A stretch of DNA of 64,000 nt from an uncultured Verrucomicrobiae bacterium (GCA_963719495.1 CAVRCI010000009.1:64001-128000); one strand, 5' to 3'. Positions 1 through 9,817 are shown, counted from the first letter of the stretch. Numbers and translations are program-made. Notes: a model not told the origin generated them from the sequence alone.

Positions 1-777
1 CCCGCCGCGGAAGACTTCGAAGACCCGCGTCGTCTGGCTTTTGCCAATCTCCGTCGCCGCGATTTCCTTTCCGATCATCGGCGAGCCCGTCTTCACTACC
101 GCCTGACTGCAGAAGCTGCGCGTGTCCTCGCTTGAAAGTAGCGACGACAGCGTCTGCCGATCCGGCAGAATCCGCCGACCGACCGTGAGCATATAAGTAA
201 CGCCGATGATCGAATACACCGCGCCCATTTTCGTGATCTCGAAGATGGAAAATTTCGGCTGCCCCATCTCGTGCGCCACGCCCGAGACCAGAATGTTCGT
301 CGACGTGCCGATGAGCGTCATGGTTCCCCCCAGGATCGCGAAGGTCGAAAGCGGCATCAACAATTTGGAAGAAATGACCCCCGAACTCCGCGAAAACGCC
401 AGCAGCACCGGCAGGAAAACCACCACGACCGGCGTGTTGTTCACGCACGCCGACAGCGGAACCACGACGACCGCCATCAACACCAGCGCCCGGATCTCGC
501 TCTTCCCGGCCAACCGGGTAAAGGCCCGCGCGAGCGAATCGATCGCCCCCGTCCGCTCCAGCGCCGCGCTGAGCACGAACATCGCGCCGATCGTGATCGG
601 CGCGCTGTTGCTGAACAAATTGAGCACGTCCTTCTCGTTCAGGACGCCGAGCGCGATCACCGCGACCAGCGCCCCCAACGCCACCAGATCCGGCGTGACC
701 CACTCCTTCACGAAGGCCATCAGCACCACACCCGTCACGGCGAAGACGGCCAGCATTTGAAAAGTATCGAGCGACAT
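1..777 (-). CDS. SLC13/TrkA-C-type membrane permease (5' part; runs off the window)
   Basis: Manual minus-strand translation from ATG at 777: MSLDTFQMLAVFAVTGVVLMAFVKEWVTPDLVALGALVAVI..., with hydrophobic helices and later NNTPVVVVFLP and GGTMTLIGTSTNILV motifs typical of SLC13 permeases. Confidence 0.8.
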   Translation of the reverse strand, partial: MSLDTFQMLAVFAVTGVVLMAFVKEWVTPDLVALGALVAVIALGVLNEKDVLNLFSNSAPITIGAMFVLSAALERTGAIDSLARAFTRLAGKSEIRALVLMAVVVVPLSACVNNTPVVVVFLPVLLAFSRSSGVISSKLLMPLSTFAILGGTMTLIGTSTNILVSGVAHEMGQPKFSIFEITKMGAVYSIIGVTYMLTVGRRILPDRQTLSSLLSSEDTRSFCSQAVVKTGSPMIGKEIAATEIGKSQTTRVFEVFRGG

Positions 778-931
778 GATGCGAGTCCCCGCAAAAAGCA
801 TCCCCCCGACGGCGCTGTCGAGCGAGAAACGTCCCGCCTCGGTCCCGCCCGATCTGGGACCGCACCCGCCAGCTCTGAGGCTTAATATCAAATGCATTGC
901 GATTGGCGGCACCGCCTATCAGCATTCGCGC

Positions 932-2401
932 ATGAAAGCCTTCCTTGCTCTCGCCCTCGTTGCCCTCGCGTCCAGCTTCACCGCCACCGCCCAGATCCCA
1001 ACCGGTGCCGCCGCCGACCTCGTCCTCGGTCAACCGGATTTCGAAACCAACGGGACCGCCCCAGTCAGCGACACCTCGCTGAACCGTCCGAGGGGGATCG
1101 CCATTGATCCGACCACGGGGAAACTTTTCATTGCCGACACCAACAACAATCGCGTGCTCCGCTATCCATCCATCTCTTCGCTGACGGATGGCACCGCGGC
1201 CGATATCGTCCTCGGGCAAACCAATTTCACCGACGTCGATCCAAACCGAGGGCTAGCAGCTCCGACTGCGAGCACGCTCGACGACCCCAAGGGTCTCGCC
1301 GTTGATGCCGCTGGCAGGCTCTGGGTCGTTGACGAAAACAACAACCGTGTTCTCATGTTCGAGAACGCCTCGGCTCTCACCTCGGGTGCGCCAGCGAGCA
1401 AAGTGCTCGGGCAATCCGACTTCATTTCATTTAACAACGGTTCTTCGGCATCCGGGATGCAGCTCCCAAATAGCCTCCACGTTGATCCAGCCGGGAACCT
1501 CTGGGTCTGCAGTGGGTCAGGAGCCGCCCGAGTAGTCCGCTTCGCAGACGCCGCCAACAAAATGAACGGAGCCGATGCCGATCAAGTCATTGGGCAAGTG
1601 GCCTTCGGCGCGGTTGGCAGCGGACTCGCCGCTGACAAATTTGACAATCCCCAGGGCGTTTTCGTCGACGCGGTCGGCACGCTTTGGGTCGCCGATCATG
1701 CGAACCACCGGGTTGTTGGATTCTCCAATGCCGCCTCACTTGGCAACGGTCCCGACGCCGACCGCGTCTTCGGCCAGCCCGACTTCGTCAGCAACGCGCA
1801 GAACACGACGGCCGACGGGATGGATTCTCCCGTTTCCGTATCGGTCGACCCGTTCGGTGCGCTCTGGGTCATCGAACGCTTGAATAACCGGATGGTCCGA
1901 TTCGACGAAATCTCAACGAAAGCCAACGGAGCCAACGCAGACGGCGTCATCGGGCAAGTCGATTTTGTGTCATCCACCAGCGGTCTTTCGGCCACCAAAC
2001 TTAGTAGCCAATTCACGTCCTCCCTGACCTTCGACGGCTTTGGCAATCTCTGGACGACCGACAATAGCAACAATCGCGCTCTCCGCTTCACCCGCCCACC
2101 AACGCCAGCCGCTCCCCCCGACACGACCCGCCCCGCGATCCGCCTCCGCGGGCGCAAGTCCATCGAGACTCTCCGCAAGCGCGTTGTCGTCCGCGGAACC
2201 GCCACCGACGCCGGCGGCATTTCGGAGATTGACGTCAAGACGCGGCGCGGTGCCGAACTCAAGAAACTGCGGGGAACCATCCGCTGGAAAGCCGTCTTCC
2301 GCGTCACCAAGGACCGCGGACGCGTCGTCGTGAAGTTCCGCGCCGTCGACGCGGCGGGTAATCGCTCCAAAGTCTCCCGCTTCCGCATTCTTCGGCGGTA
2401 G
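932..2401 (+). CDS. Secreted NHL-repeat beta-propeller protein with cationic C-terminal Ig-like module
   Basis: Signal peptide MKAFLALALVALASSFTATA; repeated ADxVLGQxDF...PxGxAxDxxGxLWVxDxxNNRVL units; basic tail ending RILRR. Confidence 0.9.
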   Translation: MKAFLALALVALASSFTATAQIPTGAAADLVLGQPDFETNGTAPVSDTSLNRPRGIAIDPTTGKLFIADTNNNRVLRYPSISSLTDGTAADIVLGQTNFTDVDPNRGLAAPTASTLDDPKGLAVDAAGRLWVVDENNNRVLMFENASALTSGAPASKVLGQSDFISFNNGSSASGMQLPNSLHVDPAGNLWVCSGSGAARVVRFADAANKMNGADADQVIGQVAFGAVGSGLAADKFDNPQGVFVDAVGTLWVADHANHRVVGFSNAASLGNGPDADRVFGQPDFVSNAQNTTADGMDSPVSVSVDPFGALWVIERLNNRMVRFDEISTKANGANADGVIGQVDFVSSTSGLSATKLSSQFTSSLTFDGFGNLWTTDNSNNRALRFTRPPTPAAPPDTTRPAIRLRGRKSIETLRKRVVVRGTATDAGGISEIDVKTRRGAELKKLRGTIRWKAVFRVTKDRGRVVVKFRAVDAAGNRSKVSRFRILRR

Positions 2402-2455
2402 CGGCGAGCCTCCATTTGTCATTCCGCATCTCACATTTCTCAATAGAAGAGACCG

Positions 2456-3859
2456 ATGCTGAATTACATCTGGCTCGGTCTCATCCTCGCGGGCGTCCTT
2501 CTCGGCGCGCTCACCGGGCGGATCGCCGACGTCACGCAGGCGGCGTTCGACTCGACGGAGCTCGCCGTGATGAAGATCGCGCTGCCACTCATCGGCATCA
2601 TGGCCTTCTGGCTCGGCATTATGCGGCTCGCCGAAAAGTCCGGCCTCGTCGCGATCCTCGCGCGCCTCCTCCGACCGGTCCTCACCCGTATTTTCCCCGA
2701 CGTCCCCGCCAGCCACCCCGCGATGGGCAGCATGCTCATGAACATCGCCGCGAACATGCTCGGCCTCGCGAACGCCGCGACGCCCCTCGGCCTCCGCGCC
2801 ATGCAGGATCTCGAGAAGCTCAATCCCCGCCCCGGCACCGCGACCAACGCGATGGTCACCTTCCTCGCGATCAACACCAGCTCCGTGCAGCTCATCCCCG
2901 CCACGACGGTCGCCTACCTCGTCGCCGCCGGATCGCTCAACGCCACCGCCATCATCGGCCCGGCCTTCGTCGCCACCCTCTGCTCCACCATCGTCGGCAT
3001 CACCGCCGCCAAATTCCTGGAAAAACTCCCCACCTACCGCCTCCCCCCGATCCCGGAACCGCCCGAACCACCGAAAAGCGCCGCCGAGCAACCCACCAAT
3101 CACCAGTCACCGGTCACCAATCACGAAACCGAAAAAGCCCCTCCCCCCTTCACCCGCTGGGCCCTCCCCGCCCTCGCCGCGCTTGCGCTCGCCTTCGCGA
3201 CGATCTTCGCGCTCATGGTCTTCACGCCCGAGACGTTCGCCGCCATCGCGAACAACACTCGCGCCGCCCTCGGCCTGGCGGGCGAACCCTTCGCGCTCCC
3301 GGATCGCTGGCTGGGCAATCCCCTCTACCTCCGCGCCATCGACACGATCTCGCTGCTCGCCATCCCGCTGGTGCTGACGTTTTTCCCGCTCTTCGCCGCC
3401 GCGCGCGCCATTCCGGTTTACGAAGAATTCGTCGAAGGCGCGAAGGAAGGCTTCCAGGTCGCGATCCGCATCATTCCATTCCTCGTCGCCATCCTCGTCG
3501 CCATCGGGATGTTCCGTGCCGCCAAGGGGATCGAGCTCATCGCCACCGGTCTCGGGTCGTTCTTCAGCGCCGTCGGATTCCCGGTCGAACTCCTCCCGCT
3601 CGTCCTGATGCGTCCGCTCAGCGGCGGCGGCGCGAGCGGGATCTTCAACGAACTCATCCGCGAGGTCGGACCTGATAGCCTGATCGCCCGGATGGCGTCC
3701 TGCATCATGGGCAGCACGGAGACGACTTTCTACGTGATCGCCGTTTACTTCGGCTCCGTCGCCGTCCGCCGCACGCGCCACGCCGTCCCGGCCGGTCTGC
3801 TCGCCGACGCGACCGGCGTGATCGCGTCGATCATCGTGTGCCGTTTGCTCTTCGCCTGA
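2456..3859 (+). CDS. Fused SpmA/SpmB (nucleoside recognition/gate domain) membrane protein
   Basis: MLNYIW start, NIAANMLGLANAATPLGLRAM (SpmA) and VYEEFVEGAKEG...RPLSGG...GSTETTFYVIAVYFGSV (SpmB) motifs. Confidence 0.9.
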   Translation: MLNYIWLGLILAGVLLGALTGRIADVTQAAFDSTELAVMKIALPLIGIMAFWLGIMRLAEKSGLVAILARLLRPVLTRIFPDVPASHPAMGSMLMNIAANMLGLANAATPLGLRAMQDLEKLNPRPGTATNAMVTFLAINTSSVQLIPATTVAYLVAAGSLNATAIIGPAFVATLCSTIVGITAAKFLEKLPTYRLPPIPEPPEPPKSAAEQPTNHQSPVTNHETEKAPPPFTRWALPALAALALAFATIFALMVFTPETFAAIANNTRAALGLAGEPFALPDRWLGNPLYLRAIDTISLLAIPLVLTFFPLFAAARAIPVYEEFVEGAKEGFQVAIRIIPFLVAILVAIGMFRAAKGIELIATGLGSFFSAVGFPVELLPLVLMRPLSGGGASGIFNELIREVGPDSLIARMASCIMGSTETTFYVIAVYFGSVAVRRTRHAVPAGLLADATGVIASIIVCRLLFA

Positions 3860-3927
3860 GTTGGCTCCCGAACTTTTTGTTGCAACTCGCGGGACATTTC
3901 GGAGAGCTAGAATTCGACCTCCCGCCA

Positions 3928-4620
3928 ATGCCTTTGATCCCCCGCCAACTCTTCGCCGCCACGCTGGTCGTGCTCGCCGCGCTGTCGTCCATCCGCGCCG
4001 GCACGCTCGTGACCATCACCACGCCGGTCGGGACCATGACGCTCGAACTTTATGACGACACGAAGCCCACAACGGTCGCGAATTTTCTCAATTATCTCAA
4101 TAGCGATCGCTACGAAAACCTCTTTGCGCACCGGCTCGATCCCGGGTTTGTTCTGCAGTCCGGCGGATTCACGCTCGTAGGATCAATGCTCACACCGGTC
4201 TCGACCGATCCGCCGATCGCGAACGAATTTACCACCGACGCCCGCTTCAGTAACACGCTGGGAGCCATCGCAATGGCCAAGGTCGGCGGAAACCCTGACT
4301 CCGCCACCTCACAGTGGTTCCTCAACCTCGGCGACAACAGCTTCCTCGATTCGACGAACGGCGGGTTCACCGTCTTTGGACGGGTGGTCTCGGGAATCGA
4401 CGTTCTGCGCAAATTCAACACGGATTTCAATGACAGCACCAGCGGAGCGCAGGGAGTCTACAACAAGAGCGCGGAGTTGGGACCACCTTACGGCGAACTG
4501 CCGCTCCTCGCCGATGCGCTCCAAGTCGGCAACCTCATCTACACAACCGTCGCCATCGTGCCGCCACCACTCCCACCGCCGGGACCCGACGCCCGCCCGG
4601 TCGTAAAGATCAAAGGCTAG
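3928..4620 (+). CDS. Secreted cyclophilin-type peptidyl-prolyl isomerase (stops at a TAG at the start of its C-terminal module)
   Basis: Signal peptide; PTTVANFLNY, HRLDPGFVLQSGG, GAIAMAKVGGNPDSATSQWFLNL, GGFTVFGRV motifs. Confidence 0.9.
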   Translation: MPLIPRQLFAATLVVLAALSSIRAGTLVTITTPVGTMTLELYDDTKPTTVANFLNYLNSDRYENLFAHRLDPGFVLQSGGFTLVGSMLTPVSTDPPIANEFTTDARFSNTLGAIAMAKVGGNPDSATSQWFLNLGDNSFLDSTNGGFTVFGRVVSGIDVLRKFNTDFNDSTSGAQGVYNKSAELGPPYGELPLLADALQVGNLIYTTVAIVPPPLPPPGPDARPVVKIKG

Positions 4621-4860
4621 AAGACCGTAAAAACCAGCCGCTCCCGAATCGTTTTGAAGGGAACCGCCAGCGACGACAACAACGTCGCCAGAATCGAATA
4701 CAAGACCCCCGGGTCAAAATTCACAAAAGCCCGCGGCACCCGCCGCTGGAAGGTCCGCACCCTGCTCCTACCCGGTCGCAACGTCATCAGGATCCGAGCC
4801 GTCGACGCCGCCGGTCAGCGCTCGAAAGTCCAGCGAGTCAAGGTGATCCAGAAAGATTGA
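4621..4860 (+). pseudogene. In-frame continuation of the cyclophilin after TAG 4618-4620: remainder of the cationic C-terminal Ig-like module
   Basis: Same frame; KTVKTSRSRIVLKGTASDD...RAVDAAGQRSK aligns with the tails of five other proteins in the window. Confidence 0.8.
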
Positions 4861-4926
4861 TGCCAAGCGTCCCCTCGCGCTTCCAGCCGATAACCGACCC
4901 AAAGCGAAGCGCAAACTCCGGGAAGT

Positions 4927-5389
4927 TCACCGCTTCCAAGCGTGAAGGATTAGCCCGGAAAAATCACCGGGGGGAATGGACGGCGACGGACGAGTTTCGC
5001 AAAATCGTGGTGGAAAACAGAATAAGACAAAAGCAGCGCCAGCGACCTGGCCACGGCCGCGGGCTCCCGCGTGGATGACGCGATCCACGCAACCCGGCTT
5101 CGCGGACGCAAGATTGGGGGTCGCCCGCATCACGGTAAGCGCGAAGCCCATAGGCTCGACGTCTCCGCTCTCCAAGAGCATTTGAAGCGCCTCGAGCGCT
5201 TTCCGCCTTCGGAACCGAGTAGTGGGTCTGGAAAGCTAAGCAGGCCTCGATGATGGCGATGTCCGCGACCCTGGGTCGATCCGCCCCGCGGAGGCAGCGC
5301 TCCAATTCCTCCCTCGCCTTGGCGGCTTGATCGGGAGGATCTTCCGTCACGAGCCGCACGATGAAGCTCGTATCGAGGGCGGACTTCAT
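4927..5389 (-). pseudogene. PIN-domain (VapC-like) toxin, frameshifted
   Basis: MKSALDTSFIVRLVTEDPPDQA...IIEACLAFQTHYSVPKAE continues in another frame as ALEALQMLLESGDV...KPGCVDRVIH; 3' end uncertain. Confidence 0.7.
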
Positions 5390-5400
5390 CCCTCCGAGTC

Positions 5401-5656
5401 CTAGGCCAGGGCCCGCCCCGCGGAACCTTTGTGTTTCTCGCGGCTCCACGGTTCCTTCGCGCTTCGGGAACATTTCGCGAGAGAGCCGATCCACGAAGAG
5501 CGGCGTTTGACGGGAGGCTTCAGCACCCTGACCGTCTCGCTCTCGTGACGCAGAGGAAGCCATTCCATCGAATTCCCCCGACTGGACTCCCAGCGCCTCA
5601 CAAACCTCGATCGGAAAGGTCGCCTGGCGTTTTGCAGTGAGCTTGATGGTTGCCAT
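5401..5656 (-). pseudogene. AbrB/MazE-type antitoxin, frameshifted
   Basis: MATIKLTAKRQATFPIEVCEALGVQSG is AbrB-like; the likely C-terminus (SMEWLPLRHE...WIGSLAK) lies in another frame after a G5 run. Confidence 0.7.
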
Positions 5657-6019
5657 TGATCACATCGATCACCGACGCCTCACCTGTCAGCCGAAGGTAG
5701 GGCGCTCTCCACGGATGGCCACGTCGCCACCAGGCCCTCATTCGCACCAAGTCCCCGTTTCGACCGAGTTCCGTAAACTCCAACTCCCACCGCGCCGCAG
5801 CGGCTCGCGGGGACGCTCGCCCTCCCCGACCAGCGACTCCCTCACCATTCCCATCGATTCGCATCGATTCGCGTCCATTCGCGGTTCCATTTCTTCCGTT
5901 CCGACAAAATGCAACACCCGCAAAACCCACGGATGACGCGAATGAGGAACTCCGCTACCGTCTCCCACCTGACCTTTCTCCGCGCAGCGCGCGCCGATCT
6001 CCGACAAACCTCACCTTAC

Positions 6020-7876
6020 ATGAATTTCCTCAAACCAATCCTCTGGGGCAACACCGTCGCTCTCTCCTGGATGTGGGGCCTTGGCCTCTTCTTCTCCGTC
6101 CAGTTCACGTCGCAATTCGGTATTCTCGGACTCCTCATGTTCGCGATCCCGAACTTCCTCGGGCTCATGGCGTTCGGCCTCGTGACCCAGGTGATCGCCA
6201 ACCGCGAGTCCGGGAGCGATTCGCTCAACGCCTTTTTCACGAATTGGTCCCGCCCCTTCCGACTCGTCTTCTTCCTTTATCAACTGATCGCCATCACGCT
6301 CACGATCTTCGCGTTCATCCACTACGTCTGGCAGCCCCTCGGCCTCCAGCCCGCCGTCCTTTTTCTCCCGCTCACGCTGCTCATCGTCCTCGCGGCCGCC
6401 ATCCTCTTCGGTGAGGAATTCGACATCCGCCGCATCAAATACTCGCACGCCGTCCTTTTCGGCATCGCCCTGGCCGCCATCCTTGTCCTCATCTTCGGGC
6501 GCGACGATTTCTCCAACCTTTCCTCCCTCACCCCCGACCTCCGTCCCGCCGAGGATCTCAGTTTCTGGGGCTACGTCGTCCCGATCTGCGTTGGCTTCCT
6601 CGTCGGCCCCTGGCTCGACCTGCAGCAGTGGCAGCGCGCCATTCAGATGAACCGCGAGCGCGTCTCGATCGCGTGGTCGTACGTGAGCGGCAGCACGCAA
6701 TTCTTCGCCCTTCTCCTCTTCCACGGCGCCCTCACCCTCTGGGCCCTCGACCTCGGTGCAGCCCAATTCATTCGCACCGGCCTCACCGGCCACACCTACG
6801 GCCAGGACCTCCTCATGCGCTTCTTCTACGAGGCATCGGACAAAGCGCCCTACATCTTCGGTGCCTACTGCGTGTTCGTTTCCGTCTGCGTCCTCACCAC
6901 GCTGGACAGCGGTTACATCGCGCTCCGCTGGTTCCTCCAATCCAACGTCAAAGCCAGCAACCACCCGATCTTCTCGCTCGTCCCGACGAAGCTCGTGACC
7001 TCCCCGATCCCGGCAATGATCGTCTGCGGCGTCATCGGCCTCGCCTCCGCCGTCCTCGGGCTCGAGCTCGAGTATTACATGATTTTCTTCGGCACGTTCT
7101 TCGTCGGCTACGCGACCCTCGGCATCGTCCGTTGCTTCCTCAACAGCCCCGCCAACGCGATCCCGCAGATCAAAATGTTCAGCATCGGCAGCCTCGCGGT
7201 CGTCATTTTCGCGTTCGGTTACTTCCTCCGCAACCCGCTCTTCCAAATGATCGGGTCCATCCTCCCGCTCGCCTACATCCTCTGGCTCCTCCTCAAACCC
7301 GGCTCCGCCGACGAATTCACCACCGACAACGAAGAACTCAACGCCCCCGCCAACCGCTCCTTCGGGGAAGCCACCCCCGACCCTCACCCCACCAATCACC
7401 AGTCACCAGTCACCACTCACGGCTCTGCCCCCGCCCCCCTCACGGCGCACGACCTCGGCGGAAATTTCGAGGAGGACAAGTGGTTCGTCCACCGCTTCAT
7501 TGCCACCTACGCCGACACGAACAGCGTCGGCAACGTCTACTTCGGCATGTACGCCATGTGGGTCGGCAAGACGCGCGAGCTGTTCTTCAACCGCGTGATG
7601 CCGAAGTTCAACATCGCCGAGACCCAGTTCTACATCCTCACCCGATCCTTCGAGCACAAGTTCGTCCGCGAGACCCGCGAGTTCGAAGCCGTGGCCGTCC
7701 GCATCCGGATCTCCAGCTTCAACCGCAAATTCGTGACCCTCGAACACGAGGTCCACGACTCCAAAAACCAACTTTTGGGCAAGGGCAAACAGAGCCTCCT
7801 CTTCGTTGCCTCGTCGGATTATCACATGATCGACATCCCGCACGACGTGCATTCCGCGTTCCTGGTGCACACTTGA
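6020..7876 (+). CDS. Multi-pass membrane transporter-like protein fused to a C-terminal hotdog-fold thioesterase
   Basis: About 430 aa of successive hydrophobic segments, a Pro/Thr linker, then YADTNSVGNVYFGMYAMWVGKTRELFF (4HBT/hotdog thioesterase motif). Confidence 0.8.
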   Translation: MNFLKPILWGNTVALSWMWGLGLFFSVQFTSQFGILGLLMFAIPNFLGLMAFGLVTQVIANRESGSDSLNAFFTNWSRPFRLVFFLYQLIAITLTIFAFIHYVWQPLGLQPAVLFLPLTLLIVLAAAILFGEEFDIRRIKYSHAVLFGIALAAILVLIFGRDDFSNLSSLTPDLRPAEDLSFWGYVVPICVGFLVGPWLDLQQWQRAIQMNRERVSIAWSYVSGSTQFFALLLFHGALTLWALDLGAAQFIRTGLTGHTYGQDLLMRFFYEASDKAPYIFGAYCVFVSVCVLTTLDSGYIALRWFLQSNVKASNHPIFSLVPTKLVTSPIPAMIVCGVIGLASAVLGLELEYYMIFFGTFFVGYATLGIVRCFLNSPANAIPQIKMFSIGSLAVVIFAFGYFLRNPLFQMIGSILPLAYILWLLLKPGSADEFTTDNEELNAPANRSFGEATPDPHPTNHQSPVTTHGSAPAPLTAHDLGGNFEEDKWFVHRFIATYADTNSVGNVYFGMYAMWVGKTRELFFNRVMPKFNIAETQFYILTRSFEHKFVRETREFEAVAVRIRISSFNRKFVTLEHEVHDSKNQLLGKGKQSLLFVASSDYHMIDIPHDVHSAFLVHT

Positions 7877-7919
7877 CGGGGTGTTGTTGGTTGTTGGTTT
7901 TTAGTTATTGGTAGGAGAG

Positions 7920-9242
7920 ATGCCGCACCGCCTCTCTCTCTTACTCTCAATCGTCGTCATTCTCTCCGCCTGCGATCCAGCCCCGCGGTCGGAAAATGCC
8001 GATCCCGCCAATACCCCCACGCCAACACCCCCGCCAATCACCACTCACCAGTCACCAATCACCACCCCCCCCCCACCCCCCACACCCGTCCCGATCCCGG
8101 CAGTCCCCCGCAAACGAATCGACGTCTCCAAGCTCTACAACGACGTCCTCGTCGAATCGAAATTCGTCACCATCCCCAGCGACCGCACCGCAACCCAGGA
8201 TCGCGCCGACGATTCCAGCTACGGACTCAAGCTCACCGTCGAAGCCCGCATCCCGTCACCCAGCGCCGACTTCGCCTCCGTCGCCCGCAACACCCCCAAG
8301 CTTCCCACGGCTCTCCCCGGTCTCGCCGAGCTTTTCTCGACCGCCAAGGTCTCGCCCGCCTTCGCCGAGCTCTACGATCGCAAAGTCACGTACACGAAAG
8401 CCCGCCTCAATCGCCTCGACACCCTCCTCACCCGCCACAACTTCTTCGACTGCGACACGATTCTCGAACTCCAGAATCCCGTCACCGGACGCCGCGCGCT
8501 TTTCCTTCAAGGCGACATGGACGTCAATACCGACGGCTCCGACGGCGACCGCAATTTCACCGTCGACGGCGATTCGCAGTTCTTCCAACCCCAGACCAGC
8601 TACCGCTGGAAACGCCTCACCGACCGCCCCAACCCCTTCCTCGCCCTCACCCAGCGCCTCCTCGCGGAAGCCGAGAAGGAATACGAAATCGTCGGCCTCC
8701 CCGTCGACCGGAACCGCCAGCTCGAAGCCACGATCGCCCACGAGAAAGCCACCCTCTACGAGATCGACGTCTACAGCTTTCTCATCTCCGGAGCCGACCC
8801 CTTCATCGTCCTCCCCGGCTTCATGATCCGCGACGCCACCGGCCCGTTCGCCCCGAAGATCGGCGACTACGCCGCCGTCATCTACGACGGCATCACCTAC
8901 CCCGCCCTCCTCGGCGACGTCGGGCCGTCCTTCAAAATGGGCGAAGCCTCCCTCCGCATCACCAAGGAGCTCAATCCGAGGAGTTCCGCCTTCTCCCGAC
9001 CCGTCAGCACCCTCGACGTCACCTACCTCGTCTTCCCGGGCACCGCCGAGCCGGAGTCCGGCCCACCCGACCTCGCCCACTGGCAATCGAAAGTCACCAC
9101 CTACCTCGCGGATTTGGGACTCAAACCAACGAACCTCCACGCGTGGGAAAACGTCATCCAACCCTGGCCAACCCCCACGCCAAGTCCGACTCCGGCACCG
9201 ACCCCAACTCCGTCCCCCCCGCCAACGCAAAGCCTGAACTAG
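7920..9242 (+). CDS. Lipoprotein with glycoside hydrolase family 75 (chitosanase-like) domain
   Basis: Lipobox ILSAC; DMDVNTDGS, FIVLP, GDYAAVIY...GDVGPSFKMGEASL, VTYLVFPG motifs; AGGAG RBS upstream. Confidence 0.8.
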   Translation: MPHRLSLLLSIVVILSACDPAPRSENADPANTPTPTPPPITTHQSPITTPPPPPTPVPIPAVPRKRIDVSKLYNDVLVESKFVTIPSDRTATQDRADDSSYGLKLTVEARIPSPSADFASVARNTPKLPTALPGLAELFSTAKVSPAFAELYDRKVTYTKARLNRLDTLLTRHNFFDCDTILELQNPVTGRRALFLQGDMDVNTDGSDGDRNFTVDGDSQFFQPQTSYRWKRLTDRPNPFLALTQRLLAEAEKEYEIVGLPVDRNRQLEATIAHEKATLYEIDVYSFLISGADPFIVLPGFMIRDATGPFAPKIGDYAAVIYDGITYPALLGDVGPSFKMGEASLRITKELNPRSSAFSRPVSTLDVTYLVFPGTAEPESGPPDLAHWQSKVTTYLADLGLKPTNLHAWENVIQPWPTPTPSPTPAPTPTPSPPPTQSLN

Positions 9243-9317
9243 GCCTCCCCCGCGCCATCCGCTTCCAGCCGATATATCCCCATTGCGAAGCGCAAATTCC
9301 GCCATCGCGAGATCGAC

Positions 9318-9680
9318 TTACGATCCAGCCGTCGCCGTTTCACGAGCCGCGGCACTCGCACGAGCCGCGCTCCCGCGACCCGCACCCTTCCGGCGATCCG
9401 GACCCGAATAGAGCTCGCCACGTTCCGCCGGCGGAGTCGCCGCGAACTGCGTCCCCAACCGCGCGGAACCCGGGTCGTCCCACCTTTCGATCACCAGCTC
9501 GTCCTCGCGTTTCTTGGGACTGACCAGTGCGAAAAACACTCCGGAGACGACCGCAAGGGCAATGAGAATCGGCCCCACCGCCGTGCCCAGGGTGTTTGTC
9601 CCCGAGATCAACACAACTCCGCGGCAGACGAAAAACGTCGCAAGGCCAAAAATCGCAAATCGAGCAAGGAACCGAATCAT
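9318..9680 (-). CDS. Small hypothetical membrane protein
   Basis: Two hydrophobic segments followed by a charged tail; fills the gap between larger genes. Confidence 0.5.
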   Translation of the reverse strand: MIRFLARFAIFGLATFFVCRGVVLISGTNTLGTAVGPILIALAVVSGVFFALVSPKKREDELVIERWDDPGSARLGTQFAATPPAERGELYSGPDRRKGAGRGSAARASAAARETATAGS

Positions 9681-9817
9681 TCGCCGAACCTACGGCAGAG
9701 TTTCGTGAATGTCCATACGGAGAAACCCCTATCTTCGTCGGTCCCGCGAAATCTCCCCCACCGACCCTCCGGTGATTATCCGTGTCCATCCGCGTCCATC
9801 CGTGGTTCAAATCAGGG

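Noticed and set aside
4618..4620. Pyrrolysine or genome-wide TAG recoding
   Set aside because: TAG is a normal stop for other genes here (for example ispF, Uma2 and the 932-2401 gene), and no pyl genes are visible.
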